From Marispirochaeta sp. (lineage in GTDB: Bacteria; Spirochaetota; Spirochaetia; JC444; Marispirochaetaceae): a stretch of 64,000 nucleotides of DNA. A program made the translations under genes and the position numbers. The notes below the pieces were generated by a model. That model was not told the DNA's origin. It made no database searches and saw only the letters and a list, made by a program, of their open reading frames with translations. Location of the stretch: NCBI GenBank assembly GCA_963676835.2, contig CAXXFF010000001.1, positions 768,001 to 832,000 on the forward strand, read 5' to 3'. Shown here piece by piece: positions 31,008 through 41,471 of this stretch; the first letter of the stretch is position 1; every line of letters starts with the position of its first letter.

Positions 31008-31748
31008 ATGACTAAATCAATTCTTCGATCAATTCTGAGATGTCTTCTCCTGACTCTTCTCTTTTATACTATTCCGGTTCAGGGTCTTGCGGCCCAGGAA
31101 GCGGCAGGATCAGAAGAGACCGGAATAAGCGAAGCAACCGAAACTGAAAGAAAAGAACTTGCTGCTGCGCTGAGGGATACCACCTCCCTGACGGCGGCTC
31201 AACTCAATGCCACCTTCGGAACCGTGCCCCGGCACCGCTTTATATCCGGCCCGTCCCAGGCCATGGCATACCTGGATACACCGGTGCCCCTGGGAAAGGG
31301 AGCACTGCTGCCGGCGCCGTCAGAACTTGCCGCAATGATTGCACCCGCAGGGGACCTTAGCGGAAAAAAAGTGCTGGTTGCAGGCCCGGATTCGGGCTAT
31401 CTGGCCGCCCTGGTATCACGGCTGGCGGAAGAAGTTACACAAATTGAATTTACCACGGACAATGCTTCAACCTATGCGTCGCTTTACCAGGATCTCGGAT
31501 ATGACAACATCACCATAGAGAGCGGAAAAGGGCGGCTTACAGAAAACAGTACCCAGCGCTACGATGCCCTGCTCCTTGCCTACAGTACAGACACGGTGGA
31601 ACTCTCCCTCTTTTCCCGGCTCAATTCAACCGCGGGAATACTGGTCAGTGTTTTAAGTTATAAGGGCGGTGAACAGCTTCTGACAGAATACAGGCGGGTG
31701 CGTAACGGGGTGTCCGTAAAGGTTCTCGATCAGGTTTTCTTTCCCTGA
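31008..31748 (+). CDS. Protein-L-isoaspartate O-methyltransferase-like protein with signal peptide
   Basis: VPRHRF, AYLDTPVPLG, KVLVAGPDSGYLAALVSRLA; hydrophobic N-terminus ending in GLA-AQ. Confidence 0.7.
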   Translation: MTKSILRSILRCLLLTLLFYTIPVQGLAAQEAAGSEETGISEATETERKELAAALRDTTSLTAAQLNATFGTVPRHRFISGPSQAMAYLDTPVPLGKGALLPAPSELAAMIAPAGDLSGKKVLVAGPDSGYLAALVSRLAEEVTQIEFTTDNASTYASLYQDLGYDNITIESGKGRLTENSTQRYDALLLAYSTDTVELSLFSRLNSTAGILVSVLSYKGGEQLLTEYRRVRNGVSVKVLDQVFFP

Positions 31749-31802
31749 TCCGGGGCTGTGTGCAGTGTGAGAGGAAAAATAACTTTTACTTGAGATTCTT
31801 CT

Positions 31803-33035
31803 CTACTTGAGATTCATTGAGCCCTGGCGGCGGGCCTTTTCTATCTTTTCCATTTTACGGAAATACTTTGTCTGCTTTTCTATCTCTTCTATATCACTTA
31901 CATGAATACGGTTATCGACGATCTTAACCTTTGAGTTTTCAAAAAGCTTACGCATTATGAGGTTAATCTCATCCTTGGGAAGCCCGACCATGTTCCCCAG
32001 CTCTTTAGGGCCGATATCAAAGGTATAGGCTTCGTTTGACATGGGAATACGCAGTTTTTCAAGCTGAATAAGCAGGGCATCGTAGAGCCTTCCCAGAGGA
32101 TCTGAAAGCTGAGTGTTGGCAAGCTGCTTATGCACAAACCAGAGCCGTTCGGAGAGAATCTGGGTAAGCCTGGAAATAAGCTGGGGCTGGTTGGATACCA
32201 TGCGGGTGAAGTTCGCCTTGTTTACCGCCATAAGGACCGTATCCTCATGGGCAATGGCAGAGGCTGAACGGGGCTTATCCTCAAGGAGAGACATTTCGCC
32301 GAACATATCACCCGCTTTAAGCAGGGCAAGCATAACCTCGTTGTCGTTCTGTATCTTGGTGATCTTTACACTGCCTTTCTGGATAATGTACATCTCTTTT
32401 CCCGGCTGTGCTTCGGAGAAGATCATGGTGTTCTTGGGATAGGTCCGGGTAAACTCTTCTCCATTCAGATCCAGATAGACAGCCTTGGCATAGGGCTTTA
32501 TTTTAGCCATACGCTCTTTTGCCACCCGCAGATTGGATCCGTTGGGAGAGTTCACTATATACTGATGATAGGCATAATAGGCAAGATTGAACTGATTCTG
32601 CCGGGCGTAGTATTCGGCAACCCGGAACAGATGACCCAGATCTTCAGAATCGCCGCTTTTGAGGGTAAGCCGGGCAAGGGCTTCATCGAAATACCGCATT
32701 TTCTTGGAGAACTGCTGGATTATCTTCATTGCCACAGGGGCGTTACGTTCGATAAGCAGTCCGTACTGTTCGCGGCGAACCGCGATAAGAGTGACATCTG
32801 TCAGAGCCTGGGCGGTTTCAATATGACTGTGGGAGGACATGGTGGAGACTACTCCGAAGAAATCCCCTGGAGCAAGAAGATTGCCTCCTTCCTCCTCTAC
32901 GACCTCAACTTCCTTACTGATGCTGACTTTTCCGGCGCGGATAATGTAGAAACAGTCGGCCTTCTGCTTCCCTTCTACAATTATATATGCGCCTTTTTTA
33001 AAGTTAACCAGCGACAGCTGTAAAGGATTATTCAT
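31803..33035 (-). CDS. Crp/Fnr-family regulator with two cNMP-binding domains
   Basis: PGDFFG and GDMFGEMSLL...RSASA, TPR-like linker, C-terminal HTH region. Confidence 0.85.
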   Translation of the reverse strand: MNNPLQLSLVNFKKGAYIIVEGKQKADCFYIIRAGKVSISKEVEVVEEEGGNLLAPGDFFGVVSTMSSHSHIETAQALTDVTLIAVRREQYGLLIERNAPVAMKIIQQFSKKMRYFDEALARLTLKSGDSEDLGHLFRVAEYYARQNQFNLAYYAYHQYIVNSPNGSNLRVAKERMAKIKPYAKAVYLDLNGEEFTRTYPKNTMIFSEAQPGKEMYIIQKGSVKITKIQNDNEVMLALLKAGDMFGEMSLLEDKPRSASAIAHEDTVLMAVNKANFTRMVSNQPQLISRLTQILSERLWFVHKQLANTQLSDPLGRLYDALLIQLEKLRIPMSNEAYTFDIGPKELGNMVGLPKDEINLIMRKLFENSKVKIVDNRIHVSDIEEIEKQTKYFRKMEKIEKARRQGSMNLK

Positions 33036-33143
33036 ATCGCTCCCGGTTTACGATGCTCAAACTAAGTATATGGCCCGCGCAACGCCTTTGTCAACGCATA
33101 CCACTATCCCTATTCTCGGCGAAACCGCCCTTAAAATGAAGCA

Positions 33144-34799
33144 CTACCAGCGGTCGATAACCCTTAGGGGATACCACCGGCTCTCGTAATCTTCAATATT
33201 GCCCACCGCCTCTTCATGTATGGTCTGAAGACTGTAAACCCGGTCTTTTACCCTGACCATACTCTTGGGATCCGTGGGTTTTATCTCTACAATTCCCCGG
33301 GAAAAGAGAATGCGGCGGTTGTCAACACTGCCGAAATAGTACTCTTCCGGATCTTCCAGCTCTTCATCAACCTCGTGGCCGAGGTCGCCCATAAAGACAT
33401 CAACGGGAATCCAGCCGAAGCCGTGGAGATAATATTCGGCCCAGTAATGAAAGGTAGTGGATCCGTCATTGAAGATGTAGCTTCCGGCGATAACCCGGGC
33501 GGGAACATGTACAGCCCTGAGGAGAGCAGTATAGAGACGGTTGTAATCGAATGAATCACCCTGCCGGGATTCTATAAAGGCGGAAGCATCTGCATTACCC
33601 GTTCTGCGGGGGGCAAAATCCTTTATCATCATGCGGTACAGCGCCCGGGCCTTGTAATAGGGATTTTTCTCCCGCCCCACTGTCCGTTCGGCAAGCCTGA
33701 TAATCTCCGGATCCGCAGATGAGACAATTGAATCCGGAGAGGTGAAAACCTTATACAGCTTCCAGTCCCGGTCATAGTCGGAGGAAACCTTTGCAGGGGT
33801 TATACGGGTCTCCAGAGCAGTCCGGTCAAGCCAGTAGGTGATCGAAATGGTATAGCGACGCCAGGGTTCAACATCGGTGAGCCTGTACCGGGCCACACCG
33901 TTATAGTTTTCCCACAGGGGTGCAGGATCCCTAACGGCATCAAGGTTTGTCTGGGAACTGCCGCCGATGACATTGGGTATCCACAAATTAAGGGCATTAT
34001 CCGGAGAGGCGTTTACGTTTTCAACCTCTACGGTGTAGTTCACCTGATATCCCCGCTTGTTGGGCAGCAGTCTGTCTCCGATCATGTCGGAGACTTCAAA
34101 ATAGAGGGCGTTGCTTACTCCCCGGTCGGTTACCAGTCTGATACTGCCCGAAGTCGCTCCGTCGGGAACCCGGACGGAAACCTCCGTATCTACCCAGCTT
34201 TCATAATCAAAATCCGCGGAGGAACACTGGATTCCAACAGCAGCAGGTTCAGCATCATCAGCAGTCTGAGCCATGGTGGAGGCAAAATAGACCTTTCCCA
34301 CTCCCTGGTCGCTGCCGAAATTCAACCCCCGGATGGTCACCACCGAACCAATGGCGGTATTGGCTGGATCAAGGGATTCAATATAGGGCATTCCCGGTGC
34401 AGCCGGGCCGGAGAGAAGCTTGGGAATATCGTTGGTACTGGTGAAGAGTACCGTATTACTGGCTTCATTATCCCGCCGGACAACCAGCCGCCCGGAATTA
34501 ACATCCTCGGGAATCTGAACGCTTATACGGGTATCGGTCCACTCGACGTAAGACTGGGAGTTGGGCCTGGATCCTGCGAAAATCACCTCGCTGCCGTTAC
34601 GGGCATCGCCGAAATGCTCTCCGCTTATTACCAGCACCTTGCCGGGTTCTCCCACCTCGGGAGTGATGGATTCTATTCTGGGTGATTTTTCAATCAGCCG
34701 GGAGGAGAAGATATATAAAACAACCAGGGTTACGAGAAAAACTACAGGAAGAATCCGCTGATCCCGCAGCAGATTCCTCACCGAAACGGGTATTGCCAT
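33144..34799 (-). CDS. Membrane-anchored IPT/TIG-repeat plus transglutaminase-like domain protein
   Basis: Two IPT repeats (PRIESITP..G.PG, WTDTRISVQIP); LLRAVHVPARVIAG, HYWAEYY, GWIPVD. Confidence 0.85.
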   Translation of the reverse strand: MAIPVSVRNLLRDQRILPVVFLVTLVVLYIFSSRLIEKSPRIESITPEVGEPGKVLVISGEHFGDARNGSEVIFAGSRPNSQSYVEWTDTRISVQIPEDVNSGRLVVRRDNEASNTVLFTSTNDIPKLLSGPAAPGMPYIESLDPANTAIGSVVTIRGLNFGSDQGVGKVYFASTMAQTADDAEPAAVGIQCSSADFDYESWVDTEVSVRVPDGATSGSIRLVTDRGVSNALYFEVSDMIGDRLLPNKRGYQVNYTVEVENVNASPDNALNLWIPNVIGGSSQTNLDAVRDPAPLWENYNGVARYRLTDVEPWRRYTISITYWLDRTALETRITPAKVSSDYDRDWKLYKVFTSPDSIVSSADPEIIRLAERTVGREKNPYYKARALYRMMIKDFAPRRTGNADASAFIESRQGDSFDYNRLYTALLRAVHVPARVIAGSYIFNDGSTTFHYWAEYYLHGFGWIPVDVFMGDLGHEVDEELEDPEEYYFGSVDNRRILFSRGIVEIKPTDPKSMVRVKDRVYSLQTIHEEAVGNIEDYESRWYPLRVIDRW

Positions 34800-34810
34800 A
34801 CTGTCACCAA

Positions 34811-35290
34811 TTAACTGTTGTCTGCCTGAAGCTGCGAAAGTTTATTTACGGTTATTTCAATTTCCAGAATGAAGGAACTCTCCCCATCTCCATGAGGATC
34901 AACCCCCATGGGAAAAAACAGGGCGCTCTCCCCCAGTTTCAGGGGAATACTGGTCATTCCCGAAAGATACTTTACATCTTCAGCACTGAATCGGTTGTAC
35001 CACACTTCGCCCTGCGCAACAAGGAGAACCCCTTCATCGTTATTCAGATAGGGGGTTAGACGGGAAATTGCCATTACATTGCTGCCTTCCAGACGGACAT
35101 CAACGGTACGGCCGGAAATGGTGTAGGCGTTGTTATCCATCTGCCAGGCAACATCTCCGGAGCTGTTGATCAGCCGGGCATGCAGTTTTAGAGAGAGTAC
35201 CTGATCAAGCAGATTTGCGGAGTCAGATGCATCCTGAGCAGGCAGACCGAATGAGGAAAAGCAGAGAAGTAAAGCAAGGATGAAGCGCAA
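34811..35290 (-). CDS. Exported hypothetical protein
   Basis: Signal peptide; within the ECF operon. Confidence 0.7.
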   Translation of the reverse strand: MRFILALLLCFSSFGLPAQDASDSANLLDQVLSLKLHARLINSSGDVAWQMDNNAYTISGRTVDVRLEGSNVMAISRLTPYLNNDEGVLLVAQGEVWYNRFSAEDVKYLSGMTSIPLKLGESALFFPMGVDPHGDGESSFILEIEITVNKLSQLQADNS

Positions 35291-35298
35291 GTTGCCCC

Positions 35299-35838
35299 CT
35301 ATTCTCCCCCGCGGTATTCAGCGGTACGGAGAAACTGAGGTTCGCCCATTACCATAAAAACTGAATCCTCCGGCAGTTCGATGGTAATACTCACTCCCTG
35401 ATCATTTGCTTCCAGGTAACTGATTAACTGTTCCACCGATTCAAAGCCGTCAACCTGATCGATACTGGCAATGGCTGCATCGCCGGAGGGCACACCGTGA
35501 GTAGCATAGAACATGCCCAGAGCACCGAGACCGGCACAGAAAAGCCCGATCACCGCAAGGGCTGTCAGAGAGAGTCGGAGACGCCGAAAGGGAACCATGG
35601 AGTAGGCCCTGCGGTCTCTGGAACGCATTACACCCCGCCAGACCGTAATGGAAGCCGCTTCTTCCGCAGAGTGGAGCTGCTCGTCACCGGAATGGAGGAA
35701 GAACTGAACCTGCCGCAGGCGACGTTCGTTTTCCTTACAATCGGGACAGCCCGCGGTATGGCCGGCAACCTTGCCATGCCAGCCCTGTTCCAGTTCTCCG
35801 TCAATATAGGCGGAAAGTATTTCATTATCAGGACACAT
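35299..35838 (-). CDS. Anti-sigma factor (zf-HC2 type)
   Basis: LSAYIDGEL, HxxxCxxC, single TM; overlaps sigma gene. Confidence 0.88.
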   Translation of the reverse strand: MCPDNEILSAYIDGELEQGWHGKVAGHTAGCPDCKENERRLRQVQFFLHSGDEQLHSAEEAASITVWRGVMRSRDRRAYSMVPFRRLRLSLTALAVIGLFCAGLGALGMFYATHGVPSGDAAIASIDQVDGFESVEQLISYLEANDQGVSITIELPEDSVFMVMGEPQFLRTAEYRGGE

Positions 35839-36355
35839 GTATATCCTCCTGATTCAGATGCTGCTGCAGCCATGTCCGGGCCCGGAAAATACGGACCTTA
35901 ACATTACCTTCAGATATTCGCAGTATTTTACCGATTTCTTTGTAGTTCAGATCGCCATACTCCTTGAGAACAAGGGGAAGCCGCAGTTTTTCTGGAAGCT
36001 GCTGCAGGGCCTCGCGGATGAGTTGCGAAGTTTCTTCTTTAAGAAACTCTCCTTCGCCGTCGGGCATGGCAGGTTTCGGTTCGTTATACACCAGGGTATA
36101 GGCCTTCTGCTCCCGCCCTTTGCGTTTCTGAAGATTGTAGCTCAGGTTCTTCACTACCCGGATAAGCCAGTACTTGGCATCGTTCAGGGTCTTCAGCGGG
36201 GATGTGCGGTTGTAATAGCGTATAAACGCCTCCTGACACAGATCCTCTGCCGAAGCCTGATCACCGGTAATATGATAGGCCACACGAAACAGAACTGGGA
36301 ATATTTCATTATAAACCCGCTCAAAAGATTCGTCGCGGCCTGTCATATGGCTCAT
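35828..36355 (-). CDS. ECF RNA polymerase sigma factor
   Basis: AEDLCQEAF, WLIRVVKN, YKEIG..L..SEGNVKVRIFRAR. Confidence 0.92.
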   Translation of the reverse strand: MSHMTGRDESFERVYNEIFPVLFRVAYHITGDQASAEDLCQEAFIRYYNRTSPLKTLNDAKYWLIRVVKNLSYNLQKRKGREQKAYTLVYNEPKPAMPDGEGEFLKEETSQLIREALQQLPEKLRLPLVLKEYGDLNYKEIGKILRISEGNVKVRIFRARTWLQQHLNQEDIHVS

Positions 36356-36382
36356 TCTTAAAACAACACTCCCAAAAAGAGG

Positions 36383-37801
36383 TTACACCGAAGCGGGTAA
36401 AATCACCGTTCCCTGGGGTGTATCTTTAAGAATAAGGCCTTTTTCCTGAAAATAGTCCCGAATTTCATCGGCCCGGCCCCAGTTTTTATCCTTTCTGGCC
36501 TGAATACGCTCTTCCAGCATGGCCTTTTCTTCTTCCGAAGGCTGATACTCTTTGGCCGGCTCAATATCCTTGAGCTTTAGCCCCAGAACCGAGTCAAACT
36601 CATACAGAAGACCCAGTATTTCACCTGGGGTAAGATCGCCGTCCTTAAGGATGGTCCAGATTACCGCCAGCGCCCTGGGGGTATTCAGGTCTGCTTCCAG
36701 ATCGCCCCTGAAGGTTTCAGCATAGGAGCGTGCTTTCTCCGATCTGTTGCCCGCGGGCACCGGAGCCTCTCCGCTTTTCAGGAGTTCCCTGATCTTCTCT
36801 TCCAGGGAAAGCCGGGCGGAACGGGCCCCTTTCAGATTGTCAAAACTGAAATGGAGCTGGGTGCGGTAGTGGGCGCCGAGAAGAAAGTAGCGGTAATCCA
36901 GGGGATGATAGCCCTGATCGATTAATGACTGCAGGGTAAGAAAACCGCCCTTTGATTTTGACATTTTCCCCGAATCCATGAGGAGAAACTCATTATGCAG
37001 CCAGTAGTTTACCCACTTCTTTCCAGTGGCAGCTTCGGACTGGGCAATCTCGTTGGTATGGTGAACCGGGATATGGTCAATTCCGCCGCAGTGAATATCA
37101 AACTGATCGCCGAGATATTTCATACTCATGGCAGAGCACTCTATATGCCAGCCTGGATACCCTTTTCCCCAGGGAGAATCCCAGAGCATGATATGGTTTT
37201 CAAACTTGGACTGGGTAAACCAGAGAACAAAATCCCGTGGATGGCGCTTGTTTTTATCCACATCTACCCGGGCACCGGCTTTCTGCTCCTGACGCTCCAG
37301 GAGTGCGAGCTTGCCGTAATCCTTGAACTTGTCGGTATCGAAATAGACATTGCCTCCGGCCATATAGGTATAGCCGTTCTCTTCAATCCGCTTTATAAGA
37401 GCGATCATTTCATCGATATGCTGAGTGGCGGCACAGGAGACGGAAGGCCGGACGATATTAAGCCGGTCGGTATCCCGGAAAAAGGCCTCGGTATAGTACT
37501 CTGCAATATCCCACACGGTCTTTCCGCTTTCACGGGAAGTCTTGAGCATCTTATCCTCACCGTCATCATTATCGCCGGTAAGATGGCCCACGTCGGTGAT
37601 ATTCATAATATGCTGAACAGAATATCCCAGGTACTCAAGGGTCCTTCTCAGAACATCCTCAAATACATAGGCCCGGAGATTACCGATATGGGCGTAGTTG
37701 TAGACCGTGGGACCGCATGCATAAAAGGAGACGTTTCCCTCTTGTATAGGTTTGAACTCTTCAAGTGATCTGCTGAGTGAGTTGTAGAACTGAAGCGCCA
37801 T
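36383..37801 (-). CDS. cysS: Cysteine--tRNA ligase
   Basis: CGPTVY..AHIGN, PGWHIECSAMS, KMSKS; start at MALQFYNS. Confidence 0.97.
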   Translation of the reverse strand: MALQFYNSLSRSLEEFKPIQEGNVSFYACGPTVYNYAHIGNLRAYVFEDVLRRTLEYLGYSVQHIMNITDVGHLTGDNDDGEDKMLKTSRESGKTVWDIAEYYTEAFFRDTDRLNIVRPSVSCAATQHIDEMIALIKRIEENGYTYMAGGNVYFDTDKFKDYGKLALLERQEQKAGARVDVDKNKRHPRDFVLWFTQSKFENHIMLWDSPWGKGYPGWHIECSAMSMKYLGDQFDIHCGGIDHIPVHHTNEIAQSEAATGKKWVNYWLHNEFLLMDSGKMSKSKGGFLTLQSLIDQGYHPLDYRYFLLGAHYRTQLHFSFDNLKGARSARLSLEEKIRELLKSGEAPVPAGNRSEKARSYAETFRGDLEADLNTPRALAVIWTILKDGDLTPGEILGLLYEFDSVLGLKLKDIEPAKEYQPSEEEKAMLEERIQARKDKNWGRADEIRDYFQEKGLILKDTPQGTVILPASV

Positions 37802-37870
37802 GAGAATTACCTTCCTGCTTTTGAAAAACCCCGTATGGAACAAGCTGTTTAAACAGGGTAAAATGTGCCG

Positions 37871-38785
37871 GTGAATAATGTACGTCATCCGAAGGAAAGA
37901 ATCAACATCGAAGAGTTTCTGGAAGAGAACCGCAGCCTCGCAGAACTTACAACCTTCAAGGTGGGGGGCCCTGCCCGCTACTTTCTGCAGGCGGAAAGCT
38001 GGGAGGCGGTGAGCAGTGCAAAACGCTGGGCACAGGAGCAAAATTTACCCTTTCTGCTTGTAGGCGGCGGTGCCAATCTACTGGTTGCAGACAGGGGTTT
38101 TCCGGGTCTTGCGGTCTGCACCACCCTCCTTAAGGAGATACGCGTTGAAGGAGAGACCCTTATAGCTGATGCCGGCGCGGAAGTGTCTGCCGCCTGTGAG
38201 GCAGCTCTGGAGAACCAGCTTTCCGGTCTGGAGTTCATCTACCGCATGCCCGGAACTATCGGCGGAGCGGTATGGATGAACGCCCGCTGTTACTCGGTCT
38301 CTGTGAGCGACCGGCTTGAAGGGGTCGATTTTATCGACTTTGAAGGAACCCTCAGACATTACACCCCGAGGGAGGGAGATTTCTCCTACAAGATTTCACC
38401 TTTTCAGGATAACGAGCGCATTATTACCCGGGCCTTTTTCAAGCTTACCCCGGGAGATAATGAGAGCATTTTTGCTGAAATGGAGAAAAACCGGAGAGAC
38501 CGGGAAGACAAGGGCCATTTTCTCTACCCCTGTGCGGGTTCTGTTTTTAAAAACAACCGTGACTTCGGCGCCCCCACGGGCCGGCTGATAGACGGCCTCG
38601 GTCTCAAAGGAACCCGTCACGGAGGGGCCCAGATTGCTCCATTTCATGGTAATATAATTATAAACAGGGACAGTGCCTCGGCACAGGATATCCTTGAATT
38701 GATTAAGCTCACAGAAAAAAAAGTAAAACAGGCCTACGGTTTTCAGCTTGAACGGGAAGTTCTGCTCGTAGGCGACTGGAATTGA
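37871..38785 (+). CDS. murB: UDP-N-acetylmuramate dehydrogenase
   Basis: TTFKVGGPA, GANLLV.D, PGTIGGAVWMNA, AGSVFKN, LEREV. Confidence 0.95.
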   Translation: MNNVRHPKERINIEEFLEENRSLAELTTFKVGGPARYFLQAESWEAVSSAKRWAQEQNLPFLLVGGGANLLVADRGFPGLAVCTTLLKEIRVEGETLIADAGAEVSAACEAALENQLSGLEFIYRMPGTIGGAVWMNARCYSVSVSDRLEGVDFIDFEGTLRHYTPREGDFSYKISPFQDNERIITRAFFKLTPGDNESIFAEMEKNRRDREDKGHFLYPCAGSVFKNNRDFGAPTGRLIDGLGLKGTRHGGAQIAPFHGNIIINRDSASAQDILELIKLTEKKVKQAYGFQLEREVLLVGDWN

Positions 38786-38806
38786 TTTCTTAAAAGGAGG
38801 ACGGGA

Positions 38807-40147
38807 ATGCGAAACTTGCTGGAAATACTCTCTGAAGAACCCCATTCTCCGGAACAGCTGAAGGAGCTTGTCCACGAGTTCCCTCTGACAGAACTGCTGG
38901 ACCAGTGGAGCTCCCTGGAAAGCGAACAGCGGATGCAGCTTTTTCATGCCATGGACAGGGACGAAAAGGGTGACCTTATTATCAGCCTGCCGGCGGTGGA
39001 TCAGCAGGAGCTGGTCGCCCTGGTAAGCGAAACCGATCTGAAGGATCTGCTCTCCAACATGGAACCGGACGACCTGGTGGACTTTATCCAGGCTGCCAGC
39101 GTTGAAATCCGCAAATCCCTCTGGCAGATGCTCAGTTCAGACCTGAAGCGGGAAATACTCTATCTTCTGCGTTTCGATGAGGATGATGCTGCCGGTCTGA
39201 TGACCCCCCGCTTTCTGGCGGTCCAGTCCCATATCAGCGTCAGCCAGGCCCTTCACTTTCTGCGCAAGAACGCCCGCAAAGTTGAAATGATGTACTATGT
39301 CTATGTGGTGGACAAGGAAAAAAGGCTTCAGGGAGTATGCTCTCTGAAGGACATTCTCAGTTCCAGCGACGACATGCTTATATCAGAAGTTATGACACAG
39401 GATGTTATATGCGTACGGGAAGACACCGACCAGGAAGAAGTAGCCAAGGTTCTGGAAACCTACGACCTGGTGGCCCTGCCGGTTGTAAACAATAACAACG
39501 CCCTGTTAGGGGTAATTACCTTCGATGATATAATCGACGTAATCCGGGAAGAACAGACCGAAGACGTGTACAAGATGGGAGCCATGGAAGGAGGCCTGGG
39601 GAGGTATCTGGACAGCTCAATCTGGGGACTGGTTAAAAAGCGGGTTCCCTGGCTGATTATTCTGCTTTTGGTCGGCACCATCTCGACCAATGTGGTTCAC
39701 CACTATCAGCCCCTGATAATAAGCGCGGCCTTTCTCTTTGTTTTCATGCCTGTCATTACCCAGACGGGAGGAAACTCGGGAAGCCAGTCCTCAACACTGA
39801 TGATCCGGGGTCTTGCCACCGGGGAGATCCATTTCCGGGATATCTGGGAGGTTATGCTCAAGGAGATTCTGGTCGGGGTGATTATGGGGCTGATCACCGG
39901 CGGGGTCATCATACTCCGGAGCTATATTCTGCCTCCGGGGCTGCCGATATACGATGCCGCGGTAATAGGGATAAGTCTGATTTTTGTGGTGCTCTTTTCC
40001 ACATTAATAGGAGCCCTGGCTCCGCTGCTTATTCACCGGATGGGTTTCGACCCCACAGTAATGTCCGCACCACTGATGGCCACGGTGATCGATGTATGCG
40101 GCCTGACCATCTATTTTGAGATAGCCAGGCTCTTTCTAGGACTGTAA
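38807..40147 (+). CDS. mgtE: Magnesium transporter MgtE
   Basis: AAGLMT, CBS pair, RVPWL, GGNSGSQ, DPTVMSAPL. Confidence 0.95.
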   Translation: MRNLLEILSEEPHSPEQLKELVHEFPLTELLDQWSSLESEQRMQLFHAMDRDEKGDLIISLPAVDQQELVALVSETDLKDLLSNMEPDDLVDFIQAASVEIRKSLWQMLSSDLKREILYLLRFDEDDAAGLMTPRFLAVQSHISVSQALHFLRKNARKVEMMYYVYVVDKEKRLQGVCSLKDILSSSDDMLISEVMTQDVICVREDTDQEEVAKVLETYDLVALPVVNNNNALLGVITFDDIIDVIREEQTEDVYKMGAMEGGLGRYLDSSIWGLVKKRVPWLIILLLVGTISTNVVHHYQPLIISAAFLFVFMPVITQTGGNSGSQSSTLMIRGLATGEIHFRDIWEVMLKEILVGVIMGLITGGVIILRSYILPPGLPIYDAAVIGISLIFVVLFSTLIGALAPLLIHRMGFDPTVMSAPLMATVIDVCGLTIYFEIARLFLGL

Positions 40148-40186
40148 TTTCTTTGAATCCAGATTAGTAAATCAGAAATCCCCGGA

Positions 40187-41407
40187 TCAGACCGGGGCAA
40201 TAACCTTCATGTTGATAATATCAAAGGTGTCGATGGCAATCTGGAGCTCTTCGTTGGTGGGAAGAACACAGATTGCAGTCCGGCTGTAATCTGTTGAAAT
40301 TATACCGGTACTGCTGCCGTTCTCCTTGTTCTTGTCATAATCCATGACAATTCCAAGGCTTTCCAGGCGGTGACAGATACGTTCCCGCATTCTGGTTGAG
40401 TTCTCGCCGATTCCGCCGGTGAATACCAGAATATCGGTGCGGACCAGGTTGGCGGCAAAGGCACCGATGTATTTCCTGATACGGTGGGCGTATACATCCA
40501 GGGCTTCGGACGCCTGTTTATTCCCTTCGGATGCAGCGGCTTCGATATCGCGCATATCGCTGGAGATGCCGGAGAGACCGAGCATACCGCTCTCTTTATT
40601 GAGGATTCTGTTTATATCTTCGCTTGAGTAACCCCGGTCCATAAGATAGCAGATAATCTGGGGATCAAGGTCTCCGGAACGGGTTCCCATGACAACGCCT
40701 TCCAGGGGAGTGAATCCCATGGAGGTATCAACAGACTTGCCGTTGGCGATGGCGGTGATGGAAGCACCGTTTCCGAGGTGACAGGATATTACATTGGTGT
40801 TGGCCATATCCCGTTTCATGAGCTTGATAGCCTGGGCACTTACATAGCGGTGGCTGGTGCCGTGAAATCCGTAGCGGCGGATTCTGTATTTATCGTAAAA
40901 CTCCCGGGGGATTCCGTAAAGATAAGCAGCAGGAGAGAGGGTCTGATGAAAGGCGGTATCAAAAACCGCAACCTGGGGTGCTCCGGGAAGCAGATTCATG
41001 GCTTCCTGAATACCGATAAGGTTGGCCGGATTATGGAGCGGTGCAAGTTCCACATTCTTTTCAATGGCCCGGATAACCTGGTCATCAATGGCTACAGAAG
41101 AGGAGTACTCCTCTCCGCCGTGAACAACCCGGTGGCCTACCCCGGAAATCTCATCCATGGACTGAATAAGTCCCGCTTCGGGATCAATCAGCGCATTTTT
41201 AAGATACTCCATGGCCTCTTTGTGATCCGCCATAGGTGCGGAAATCGCATATTCCTGGCCGTCGGGTCTTTTCTGGGTAATATTCCCCACTTCAAGACCG
41301 ATACGCTCGATAAGACCCTTGCCGATACTCTCCCGTTCCGGCATCCGATATACCTCGTACTTTAACGACGAACTTCCGCAATTGATCACAAGTATGTTAT
41401 TCACCAT
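40187..41407 (-). CDS. ackA: Acetate kinase (paralog 1)
   Basis: INCGSSSLK, GHRVVHGG, LAPLHNP, YGFHGTSH, PTNEEL. Confidence 0.92.
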   Translation of the reverse strand: MVNNILVINCGSSSLKYEVYRMPERESIGKGLIERIGLEVGNITQKRPDGQEYAISAPMADHKEAMEYLKNALIDPEAGLIQSMDEISGVGHRVVHGGEEYSSSVAIDDQVIRAIEKNVELAPLHNPANLIGIQEAMNLLPGAPQVAVFDTAFHQTLSPAAYLYGIPREFYDKYRIRRYGFHGTSHRYVSAQAIKLMKRDMANTNVISCHLGNGASITAIANGKSVDTSMGFTPLEGVVMGTRSGDLDPQIICYLMDRGYSSEDINRILNKESGMLGLSGISSDMRDIEAAASEGNKQASEALDVYAHRIRKYIGAFAANLVRTDILVFTGGIGENSTRMRERICHRLESLGIVMDYDKNKENGSSTGIISTDYSRTAICVLPTNEELQIAIDTFDIINMKVIAPV

Positions 41408-41471
41408 GGGCTCCTTCAATTTTGGTCATACCAATTATAGAGAGGTTTCCCCCCTTCGGCAATGTATATCC

